This document shows, piece by piece, positions 17,351-24,956 of a DNA stretch of 27,481 bases. Under the pieces are notes generated by a model. It did not search any database, was not told the origin of the DNA, and saw only the letters and a program-made list of their open reading frames with translations. A program made the position numbers and the translations under genes. This DNA is from a virus (taxonomy: Duplodnaviria > Caudoviricetes): positions 1 to 27,481 of IMG/VR virus record IMGVR_UViG_3300025723_000136. One strand, written 5' to 3'. Each line of letters begins with the position of its first letter. Position 1 is the first letter of the stretch.

Positions 17351-17577
17351 CATTACCAGATGAGAGATATCGTGCATTAAAACAGAGCAAGAAACTCTTG
17401 GAAGAACTCTGCGATCCTGGCAAGACTCCTCGGGTTCCCAGCATCGTCAGGGACCGTGCTAGGGGTATTCTACGTCATTATCCTACTGAATATGACCTAG
17501 AACGTATCGCCGAGCAATCTCCCGAAATGCTTGAAAAAGTATCTTATACTGATAAGATGAAACATATCAATAGATAA
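17347..17577 (+). CDS. small conserved-looking phage protein (76 aa; resembles the BPSL0761-type MT.PDER.RA...VP..VR..A...LRHYP family)
   Basis: ATGA overlap; MTLPDERYRA...PRVPSIVRDRARGILRHYP. Confidence 0.7.
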   Translation: MTLPDERYRALKQSKKLLEELCDPGKTPRVPSIVRDRARGILRHYPTEYDLERIAEQSPEMLEKVSYTDKMKHINR

Positions 17578-17586
17578 GGAAAAAAG

Positions 17587-18078
17587 TTGGCTAGAATGCT
17601 AGAAAGAAAAAAAGCACTAGATGCTGGTTTGCCGACTTATACCACAGGGAGACCCTGCAAAAGGGGGCATATTTCAGAAAGATTTACCTCGTCCTGGATT
17701 TGCATAGAATGTTCAAGAATGGATTTATACAAATCTGACCGAGATAAGTATCGAGAATTAGAAAATACATTATCGGTTCAATTTAGACAAAGAAAGAATG
17801 CAGCGTCAAAAGCAAACGTCCCATTCACTATTTTGTTTGAAGAAATTGAGCAACCTGAATATTGTCCTGTATTAGGAATTAAATTGAATTATGCATGGGG
17901 AGGAAACAACGGACATTTACGTGATCCTGCCAAAGCTACATTAGACAAAGTAATTCCTAGACTAGGGTATGTGCCGGGTAATGTATTTGTCATTTCTTGG
18001 AGAGCAAATAAATTGAAGTCAGATATGACTATTGAAGAATTGGAAAAAATTATGAAATACATGAAAGAGAGAATATAA
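17587..18078 (+). CDS. putative HNH-like (His-Me finger) homing endonuclease (163 aa)
   Basis: N-terminal TGRPCKRGH...CIEC; C-terminal CPVLG...TLDKVIPRLGYVPGNVFVISWRANKLKSD; AT-rich; TTG start after AAGGA (ATG 17596 is an alternative). Confidence 0.7.
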   Translation: MARMLERKKALDAGLPTYTTGRPCKRGHISERFTSSWICIECSRMDLYKSDRDKYRELENTLSVQFRQRKNAASKANVPFTILFEEIEQPEYCPVLGIKLNYAWGGNNGHLRDPAKATLDKVIPRLGYVPGNVFVISWRANKLKSDMTIEELEKIMKYMKERI

Positions 18079-19146
18079 ATGGCAAAGCCGTTTGACGTGG
18101 CCCGTTTTAGGAAAGATATTACCAAGGCTATTGACGGCCTTAGTATCGGGTTCAATGACCCAACAGATTGGATTAGTACAGGTAACTATGCACTCAACTA
18201 TCGTATTAGCAGTGATTTTAATAAAGGCATTCCTCTCGGGAAGGTTACTGTTTTTGCTGGAGAATCAGGCGCAGGAAAGTCATTCATCTGCTCCGGTAAT
18301 CTGGTACGTAATGCCCAAGAGCAAGGTATTTTTGTTGTTCTGATCGACACGGAAAATGCTCTTGATGAGGCTTGGCTTCATGCTCTGGGTGTTTCTACTG
18401 ATGAGAGCAAGTTGCTCAAGCTCAATATGGCTATGATCGATGATGTCGGCAAGACTATCAGCGAGTTCATGAAGTCATACAAGGTCATGGCAGAAGAAGA
18501 ACGTCCTAAGGTATTGTTTGTTATCGACAGCCTCGGAATGTTGCTGACTCCTACTGATGTGAATCAGTTCGAAGCAGGTGACATGAAGGGTGACATGGGT
18601 CGTAAGCCCAAGGCGCTGACTGCTCTTGTTCGTAACTGCGTCAATATGTTCGGCAGTTACAATGTCGGTCTTGTCGCGACTAATCACACATATGCTTCTC
18701 AGGATATGTTTGACCCTGACGACAAGATTTCAGGTGGTCAAGGCTTCGTGTATGCATCCAGCATCGTTGTAGCGATGCGTAAGCTAAAGCTTAAGGAAGA
18801 TGAAGACGGTAACAAGATCAGCGAAGTGCGTGGTATTCGCGCTGCTTGTAAGGTCATGAAGACCCGATACGGCAAGCCCTTCGAATCGGTTCAAGTCAAG
18901 ATTCCGTATGAGACAGGCATGAATCCTTATTCAGGTCTTCTCGACATGTTTGAATCCATGACGCTTCTAAAGAAGGAAGGCAACTCTCTCGTTTATACTT
19001 GCAATGATGGTTCTATCATCAAGAAGTTCCGCAAAGGATGGGAGCGAAATGATGATGGTTGTCTTGACCGTGTCATGCTGGAATTCAATAACAAGCCTCA
19101 GGCTAATCTATCTGTTGTTGAAACTGATGAAGAGGAAGTCGCATAA
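18079..19146 (+). CDS. uvsX: RecA-like recombinase UvsX
   Basis: ISTG.YALN, Walker A GESGAGKS, IDTENALD, Walker B FVIDSLG, TNHTY, SGGQG. Confidence 0.95.
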   Translation: MAKPFDVARFRKDITKAIDGLSIGFNDPTDWISTGNYALNYRISSDFNKGIPLGKVTVFAGESGAGKSFICSGNLVRNAQEQGIFVVLIDTENALDEAWLHALGVSTDESKLLKLNMAMIDDVGKTISEFMKSYKVMAEEERPKVLFVIDSLGMLLTPTDVNQFEAGDMKGDMGRKPKALTALVRNCVNMFGSYNVGLVATNHTYASQDMFDPDDKISGGQGFVYASSIVVAMRKLKLKEDEDGNKISEVRGIRAACKVMKTRYGKPFESVQVKIPYETGMNPYSGLLDMFESMTLLKKEGNSLVYTCNDGSIIKKFRKGWERNDDGCLDRVMLEFNNKPQANLSVVETDEEEVA

Positions 19147-19304
19147 TGAATGATGAATTACTCAACACCGATAACGGCATTATTGCTGCAGCCTTGATGT
19201 TGTACCATAATGCTGTAGAACAAAACGGCGGGCCAGCTAAACTAGCCGATCGTGCATATGCTTTGTATCTTAAGTATAGAGATATGGAGGAAGTCGCACA
19301 ATGA
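19132..19304 (+). repeat. 18-bp direct repeats (17/18 identical) flanking a mini-gene
   Basis: GAGGAAGTCGCATAATGA (19132-19149) and GAGGAAGTCGCACAATGA (19287-19304). Confidence 0.85.
19146..19304 (+). CDS. small hypothetical protein (52 aa), not in the ORF track
   Basis: TAATG overlap with uvsX, SD GAGGA, ATGA overlap with the next gene; MNDELLNTDNGIIAAALMLYHNAVEQNGGPAKLADRAYALYLKYRDMEEVAQ. Confidence 0.7.
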   Translation: MNDELLNTDNGIIAAALMLYHNAVEQNGGPAKLADRAYALYLKYRDMEEVAQ

Positions 19305-19564
19305 GTTTAGCATTGATCAACGAAATCTGGAAAGTATTAAAGCCTAGCATCGAAACAGGAGATGTGAGTTCTGCTGCAGAGACGCTGGTCAACTATCTCG
19401 TTGATGAGGCTTATTCACCTACTGAAATCAAGCAGACCTTTCGATTAGATTCCGATATCAAGAGCGCCCTCACTTATTATCTGGAAACTCCAGACTGGGG
19501 TATTCATCAAGAAGAAGAAGAGGACGAGGACTTTCACGATCTATATGACGATGAAGAATACTGA
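19301..19564 (+). CDS. hypothetical protein with acidic tail (87 aa)
   Basis: SD GGAGG; TGATG coupling to uvsY. Confidence 0.8.
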   Translation: MSLALINEIWKVLKPSIETGDVSSAAETLVNYLVDEAYSPTEIKQTFRLDSDIKSALTYYLETPDWGIHQEEEEDEDFHDLYDDEEY

Positions 19565-20022
19565 TGCAATGGTATAGCAGGATTACTCAAGACTTAAGCC
19601 AACTGCCTGACTTCATAGATTACTATGAAAATCAGATAGCGAGTGCTAAAGCTGGGGTAAAGGTGTATGGAAATGTAGAGAAGAACATTGCTGCACTTCC
19701 TGGTATTACCGAACTATATTTTGGACAGCTTCAAGAGATTGAGGCTGTCCTTAACTTCCTAAATATCCAACTGAGGAAGATCCGTCGCAAGCACTTTCAG
19801 AAATATCTGGAAGGATATGCTCGTGCATTGACATCTCGTGATGCTGAAAAATATGTTGATGGCGAACAAGAGGTCATCGACTTCGAAGTATTGATCAATG
19901 AGGTCGCTCTGATACGCAACAAGTATCTTGGTATCATGAAGGGTCTGGAATCAAAGAACTTCATGCTGGGTCATCTCGTTCGGCTGAAGACTGCGGGAAT
20001 GGAAGATTTCACCGTAGGCTAA
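19564..20022 (+). CDS. uvsY: recombination mediator UvsY-like
   Basis: Helical 152-aa protein with KYLE.Y.RALTSRDAEKYVDGE and C-terminal LKTAG, located downstream of uvsX. Confidence 0.75.
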   Translation: MQWYSRITQDLSQLPDFIDYYENQIASAKAGVKVYGNVEKNIAALPGITELYFGQLQEIEAVLNFLNIQLRKIRRKHFQKYLEGYARALTSRDAEKYVDGEQEVIDFEVLINEVALIRNKYLGIMKGLESKNFMLGHLVRLKTAGMEDFTVG

Positions 20023-20036
20023 ATTGTTATTTTTGG

Positions 20037-20065
20037 TTGACATCGGTCCTTTGTTTTGTTATATT
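20037..20065 (+). promoter_or_regulatory. sigma70-like early promoter
   Basis: TTGACA-N17-TATATT with TG extension. Confidence 0.8.
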
Positions 20066-20095
20066 AAAACATAAGCTGATGACAAGGAGTTGGAC

Positions 20096-20308
20096 ATGGC
20101 ACACAAGACCTTCAGTTTCTCCGAAGAACTCCGCTCTCGTTATCAACCCCGCAAGGGTCTCGAAGGTCCTTTCTTCTATCCGAATGGCCGGGTGGCTTAC
20201 TACGATCCTAAGGAAGGGGCCTATTGGGACCCTAACACGGATTTCTATCTCTCCCACGAAGAAGCCGCAGAACTGCAGAACACCGTTTTTAACGCCATCA
20301 AAGCATAA
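20096..20308 (+). CDS. small aromatic-rich hypothetical protein (70 aa)
   Basis: SD AAGGAG before ATG 20096; GLEGPF...YYDPKEGAYWDP.TDFY. Confidence 0.75.
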   Translation: MAHKTFSFSEELRSRYQPRKGLEGPFFYPNGRVAYYDPKEGAYWDPNTDFYLSHEEAAELQNTVFNAIKA

Positions 20309-20322
20309 TCCAGAGGAATAAA

Positions 20323-20601
20323 ATGAGCACCACTCCCGTTACCCTGAATGTAAATCAGCGACACATCGTTACTATCGAAGGTCGCATCAATAGCCTTAAC
20401 GTCAATAAGCCTGAAGGATATGCGGGTGAAGTCGCCCGTCTGCAACATGCGCTTGCTGATGTCCTCACCCGATTGAGCGTAGAAGAACTTCATGATCTGC
20501 GCCTCTCACAGAACAAGAAGATGACTCCTGAGGAAGAAGCTGTAGCCCGGGAACGCACCCGCAAGGCCATGAATGAAAATCGCGATAAACCTAGTCACTA
20601 G
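20323..20601 (+). CDS. hypothetical protein (92 aa)
   Basis: SD GAGGA; codon usage like the other early genes. Confidence 0.75.
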   Translation: MSTTPVTLNVNQRHIVTIEGRINSLNVNKPEGYAGEVARLQHALADVLTRLSVEELHDLRLSQNKKMTPEEEAVARERTRKAMNENRDKPSH

Positions 20602-20613
20602 GCTCGATTTCGG

Positions 20614-20642
20614 TTGACATCGGGTACCCGTTCTGCTACATT
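20614..20642 (+). promoter_or_regulatory. sigma70-like early promoter
   Basis: TTGACA-N17-TACATT with TG extension; CGGGTACCCG palindrome in the spacer. Confidence 0.8.
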
Positions 20643-20673
20643 AAATCATAGACAACAGCACAGAGAGATATCG

Positions 20674-21693
20674 ATGACTACGATCAATGTCAAGTCGGGT
20701 GAGTATCGCAAGCAGCCTGTTCGCAATATGCAGTTTCGCTTGGTCAAGGGCTTTCAGACCAACAAGAAGGGCAGTTATGTGACTGTGAAGAACGAAGGTC
20801 ACTTCCCTATCGCAATCGATGAGATCCAGATCAAGGTGGATCATATTTCTGATATTGAATTCCTCGAAGGAGAACCCATGACGACTACGACGACCACGCT
20901 GAAGGTGACTGAAACTGATGCTGAAGCGATGGATCGTATCGCTACTCGCTTCAAGATCCTTGATGAGATGTCTGCTGCTTGCATCAACGGTGATGTTCGT
21001 GCTATGATCGTCTCTGGTCCTCCGGGCGTCGGTAAGTCGTATGGTGTCGAACAGCAACTCGAAAAGGCTTCGATGTTCGACCGTATCTCCGGCAATCGCA
21101 TTCGCTATAACGTGGTCAAAGGTGCGATGACTGCTCTGGGTCTCTACGCCCAGCTGTATAAGTATTCTGACAAGAAGAACATCCTCGTGTTCGATGACTG
21201 CGACAGCGTGTTCATGGACGATCTCGCTCTGAACATTCTGAAGGCTGCTTTGGACTCTGGCAAGAACCGCAAGATTTGCTGGAATTCGGACTCTGCTCTG
21301 ATGCGTCGTGAGGGCATTCCTGATAGCTTCAACTTCAATGGTTCTGCTATCTTCATCACGAACCTCAAGTTTGAGAACGTCAAGAGCAAGAAGCTTCAGG
21401 ATCACCTCGAGGCTCTGGAATCTCGTTGTCACTTCCTGGATCTCACCATCGATAGCGAACGCGATAAGATGCTTCGCATCCGTCAAGTGCATCGTGATGC
21501 TGCGAACGGTCTGTTCGGTGACTATCACTTTGTCGATGGTGAAGGTGCTGTGGTCCTTGACTTCATGGAACAGAACAAGACCAAGCTTCGCGAACTCTCT
21601 ATCCGCATGGCGCTGAAGATCGCTGATCTCGTGAAGATGTCTCCCACGAACTGGCGGGTTCTCGCACAGAATACTGTGTTCAAGCGTGGATGA
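20674..21693 (+). CDS. P-loop / AAA-type ATPase (339 aa)
   Basis: Walker A SGPPGVGKS, Walker B LVFDDCD, IFITN, ALESR. The track start at 20614 is the TTG of the -35 box, so ATG 20674 is preferred. Confidence 0.85.
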   Translation: MTTINVKSGEYRKQPVRNMQFRLVKGFQTNKKGSYVTVKNEGHFPIAIDEIQIKVDHISDIEFLEGEPMTTTTTTLKVTETDAEAMDRIATRFKILDEMSAACINGDVRAMIVSGPPGVGKSYGVEQQLEKASMFDRISGNRIRYNVVKGAMTALGLYAQLYKYSDKKNILVFDDCDSVFMDDLALNILKAALDSGKNRKICWNSDSALMRREGIPDSFNFNGSAIFITNLKFENVKSKKLQDHLEALESRCHFLDLTIDSERDKMLRIRQVHRDAANGLFGDYHFVDGEGAVVLDFMEQNKTKLRELSIRMALKIADLVKMSPTNWRVLAQNTVFKRG

Positions 21694-21712
21694 TCTCGAA
21701 TATATTCGAACT

Positions 21713-21739
21713 AAAAGGGGACTTCGGTCCCCTTTTTTT
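21713..21739 (+). terminator. intrinsic terminator with C(UUCG)G tetraloop
   Basis: AAAAGGGGAC-TTCG-GTCCCCTTTTTTT. Confidence 0.92.
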
Positions 21740-21749
21740 ACCTTTATTG

Positions 21750-21777
21750 TTGAAATACTTTGTAGTTAGTATATACT
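21750..21777 (+). promoter_or_regulatory. sigma70-like promoter (weaker match)
   Basis: TTGAAA-N16-TATACT, after the terminator, 6 nt before ATG 21784. Confidence 0.5.
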
Positions 21778-21783
21778 TATAAA

Positions 21784-22791
21784 ATGGACTGTAAAGAACA
21801 CGTATTGCATTTCTTCCTGTCGGGCAAGCTAAGCCTGAGCCAGTATGACTATAAGTTCATATCCAATCTCCAGATGATGATACACACTAATAAGCGGGTA
21901 ACATCAAATCAGGCTGATCTGTTTGATCGGTTGATAATCAAATATACAAAGCAACTGACCAAATCTGATCTGGTAGCAGATGATCTCGTCTCACTATCAT
22001 GGAAGACTATGGTAGTCGAAAGCACACCTGACTATACGGGTGCAGTCGTGTCTATTCTAGGCGATAACATCACGATCCGTGTTCCATTCAACAAGAAGTT
22101 TATCCATGAGTTTCGAGAGGTAAAGAACAATACCTTTCATTGGCACAAAGAAGATCGTATCTATAAAAGCAAGTTCAATACTGAAGCACTAAAGATTGCG
22201 ACCTGCGGGTTGCAAGAATATTTCCCTTCAGTCAGTTTCTGTGAGAATACAACTGATATCTTATCACAACTAGATTATTATAAACCAGCGAAGTTCTGGG
22301 ATCCAACACTGGTCAGCGTGAATGATAATCTATTCATAGCAGCATGTAATCCGATAATCAACGAACTTATTCATGATATCGAATTAAAGATAGATGCGAG
22401 CACATTGTATAAACTATCCAAATACGGTATCAAAGTAGATCAGAACATCATAAAGGACGATCCTGATCTATTGTTTGCTACAAGTCCAGTGATCAGCATT
22501 GATATGAAAGATGTTGGTCGGATATCAAAGTTGTTGCGAGAGATTGGATGCACTCATGGTATTGTCGGCCGGGGAATGCGATATAATCCTGCAAATAATA
22601 ACATAAGTAAGTCGCTAATAAACTACGGAATATCTCCGGTCCCCATCAACTCTATATATAAAACCGAAGAAATAAATGATGTCAATTCCGATGTCGTATT
22701 GATACAGCAGAATAGCCAGCCCGCCTTTATACATCCGAGTGTAAATAAAATCGTGATACTAAAGGATTCAACCCCAGTAGAGGTAAGATGA
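21784..22791 (+). CDS. hypothetical protein (335 aa)
   Basis: Long ORF coupled by ATGA to uvsW; no diagnostic motif recognised. Confidence 0.8.
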   Translation: MDCKEHVLHFFLSGKLSLSQYDYKFISNLQMMIHTNKRVTSNQADLFDRLIIKYTKQLTKSDLVADDLVSLSWKTMVVESTPDYTGAVVSILGDNITIRVPFNKKFIHEFREVKNNTFHWHKEDRIYKSKFNTEALKIATCGLQEYFPSVSFCENTTDILSQLDYYKPAKFWDPTLVSVNDNLFIAACNPIINELIHDIELKIDASTLYKLSKYGIKVDQNIIKDDPDLLFATSPVISIDMKDVGRISKLLREIGCTHGIVGRGMRYNPANNNISKSLINYGISPVPINSIYKTEEINDVNSDVVLIQQNSQPAFIHPSVNKIVILKDSTPVEVR

Positions 22792-24242
22792 GAGAAGCAA
22801 AGATTATAATCAAGGATGAGGTCAATTGCAAGATCGAAGGGCTTGAACTAGATGCTCGCCGGGCATTGATGAAGCGGTTCGAGTTTGAGAAGCCAGGTGC
22901 CAGATATCTCCCTAGTGTCAAGCTCGGTAGATGGAACGGCAAGATCAGTTATTTCTCGCTTGCTGGCAGCACCTATGTCAATCTGCTAGAAGATATTATT
23001 CCCTATCTGTATGATGCTGGATATGATATCGAACTTGTCGATAAACGCGAACCCCATCCTGAACTCACATTCGATGAAGTGAATGCGAATACCTTCTCTC
23101 ACATCTGCTGGCCCAAAGGTCATGAACGCGAGGGCCAGCCGGTTGTGCTACGCGACTATCAGATTGAGATCGTCAATAACTTTCTGAAGAATCCGCAGTC
23201 ACTGCAAGAAGTAGCAACTGGCGCCGGTAAGACGCTCATGACTGCTGCACTGTCTCTATGTGCTGAACCATACGGTCGTTCGCTCGTCATCGTTCCTAAC
23301 ACATCTCTAGTAGAACAGACAGAAGCAGATTATCGCAATCTAGGTCTTGATGTTGGAGTCTATTTCGGTCCTCGCAAGGAATACGGTAAGACACACACCA
23401 TCTGCACATGGCAATCTCTAAATAATCTGCTGAAGGGTGCCAAAGAAGAAGTAGATCCTGAAGTAGCTCTGGCATTCTTTGATGGTGTGGGGTGTGTGAT
23501 CGTTGATGAGGTGCATATGGCCAAGGCTGATGTGCTAAAGACGCTGCTGACTGGTATCCTTTGCAATGTTCCTATTCGATGGGGCTTGACAGGAACGATA
23601 CCTAAGGCTGATATGGACCGCATTTCCCTTCTAGTATCACTGGGTCCGGTGACTGGTAAGTTATCTGCCAGCGAACTACAGGATCGTGGTGTTCTCGCGA
23701 ACTGTCATGTGAATATTATTCAGATGAAGGACAATGTAGAATTTACTAACTATCAGAGCGAACTAAAGCATCTGCTTGAGAATGAAAAGAGATTGGATAA
23801 ACTGGGAGAACTAATCACTAAAATCGCAGAGACCGGTAATACGCTTATTCTAGTTGATCGCGTCAATGCTGGAAAAGAGCTGGTCAGTCGTCTTCCCAAT
23901 GCCGTATTTGTTAGTGGTGGTACTAAATTGACAGAAAGGAAAGAAGAATATGATGAAGTTGCTACAAGCAATGACAAAATTATCGTGGCGACGTATGGGG
24001 TGGCTGCTGTTGGTATTAATATTCCACGGATTTTTAATCTGGTCCTTATTGAACCTGGCAAGTCATTTGTTCGCGTCATTCAGTCCATCGGTCGCGGAAT
24101 TCGTAAGGCTGAAGATAAAGAACATGTCATGATCTGGGATATGACCAGCACTTGTAAATTTGCGAAGCGGCACCTCACGCAACGCAAAGCTTTTTACAAA
24201 GAGGCTAAATATCCCTTCACTTTAGAGAAATTGGATTACTAA
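22788..24242 (+). CDS. uvsW: SF2 DNA helicase UvsW-like
   Basis: LRDYQ, ATGAGKT, DEVH, GLTGT, AVGINIP, QSIGRGIR. Confidence 0.92.
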   Translation: MREAKIIIKDEVNCKIEGLELDARRALMKRFEFEKPGARYLPSVKLGRWNGKISYFSLAGSTYVNLLEDIIPYLYDAGYDIELVDKREPHPELTFDEVNANTFSHICWPKGHEREGQPVVLRDYQIEIVNNFLKNPQSLQEVATGAGKTLMTAALSLCAEPYGRSLVIVPNTSLVEQTEADYRNLGLDVGVYFGPRKEYGKTHTICTWQSLNNLLKGAKEEVDPEVALAFFDGVGCVIVDEVHMAKADVLKTLLTGILCNVPIRWGLTGTIPKADMDRISLLVSLGPVTGKLSASELQDRGVLANCHVNIIQMKDNVEFTNYQSELKHLLENEKRLDKLGELITKIAETGNTLILVDRVNAGKELVSRLPNAVFVSGGTKLTERKEEYDEVATSNDKIIVATYGVAAVGINIPRIFNLVLIEPGKSFVRVIQSIGRGIRKAEDKEHVMIWDMTSTCKFAKRHLTQRKAFYKEAKYPFTLEKLDY

Positions 24243-24246
24243 TAGG

Positions 24247-24275
24247 TTGACTATAACTCACAGGAATGCTATAGT
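24247..24275 (+). promoter_or_regulatory. sigma70-like promoter (predicted leaderless transcript)
   Basis: TTGACT-N17-TATAGT with TG extension; ATG 24282 lies 6 nt after the -10 box. Confidence 0.75.
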
Positions 24276-24281
24276 AAGAAC

Positions 24282-24785
24282 ATGAGAATACTAAATCTTG
24301 ACACCAATCAATCTTATAACCTAGAGTATCTACCAGATGAGATAGATGATCTGCGGTTCGCTATTCTGGACAACTCTGTCCCGTCTAATGTGGATTATCA
24401 CTATATTCCTCTGATCTTTTTGGAATCATTCAACTCACCAGCACTCGTTCTAAAGATCGGAGATAAGAACATCAAGATGCCAGTAGATTGGCAGGTGTTG
24501 ATCGGAGAACAGGAACACGGTGATCTAGAAACGCTTCCGCTATCCAGCTTGAATGATCGTGGGTTCCATGCATTTCAGTTCAATCCCCTGACTTCTCATT
24601 CTCCTACGTTCCTGCCGATAGAGATACTAGACATCTATCCTGATATCACTTGGTATGCTCCTCGCCTGAGAAACGGACAGTTTCTATGTGTTCCCATCGA
24701 TGATGGTCCCAAACCCAGATGTATCTATTTCGTTAAAGAGATCAGCCGCAACTGTGAAGTTGTAGATTATAGCCTCGCATTTTAA
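24282..24785 (+). CDS. hypothetical beta-rich protein (167 aa)
   Basis: Clean ORF directly after a promoter. Confidence 0.8.
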   Translation: MRILNLDTNQSYNLEYLPDEIDDLRFAILDNSVPSNVDYHYIPLIFLESFNSPALVLKIGDKNIKMPVDWQVLIGEQEHGDLETLPLSSLNDRGFHAFQFNPLTSHSPTFLPIEILDIYPDITWYAPRLRNGQFLCVPIDDGPKPRCIYFVKEISRNCEVVDYSLAF

Positions 24786-24806
24786 TATAGAAAGAGAGAT
24801 CAACCG

Positions 24807-24956
24807 ATGAGTACTATCGAAAAGCTTGAGAAGTTTCAATATATCAACTCGGAATATGATATTATGGGAGTTGTCAGGACTCTATTTCCAGATAGTGATT
24901 TAGTTTTTACGATTGATGACGTGAAGGAGAAAGTGGATGAAGAAGTACAAGATTGA
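24807..24956 (+). CDS. small hypothetical protein (49 aa), not in the ORF track
   Basis: MSTIEKLEKFQYINSEYDIMGVVRTLFPDSDLVFTIDDVKEKVDEEVQD; purine-rich upstream region; fills the gap. Confidence 0.55.
   Translation: MSTIEKLEKFQYINSEYDIMGVVRTLFPDSDLVFTIDDVKEKVDEEVQD

Noticed and set aside
20037-20321. 94-aa ORF starting at TTG 20037
   Set aside because: The TTG is the -35 box of the promoter; the overlapping frame from ATG 20096 has a strong SD.
20614-20673. N-terminal extension of the ATPase in the ORF track
   Set aside because: It starts within the promoter, upstream of the predicted transcription start.
20641-21528. 295-aa antisense ORF over the second ATPase
   Set aside because: Shadow ORF caused by codon bias.
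12239-24242. Inteins or introns in terL, uvsX or uvsW
   Set aside because: Proteins have normal lengths and contiguous motifs.
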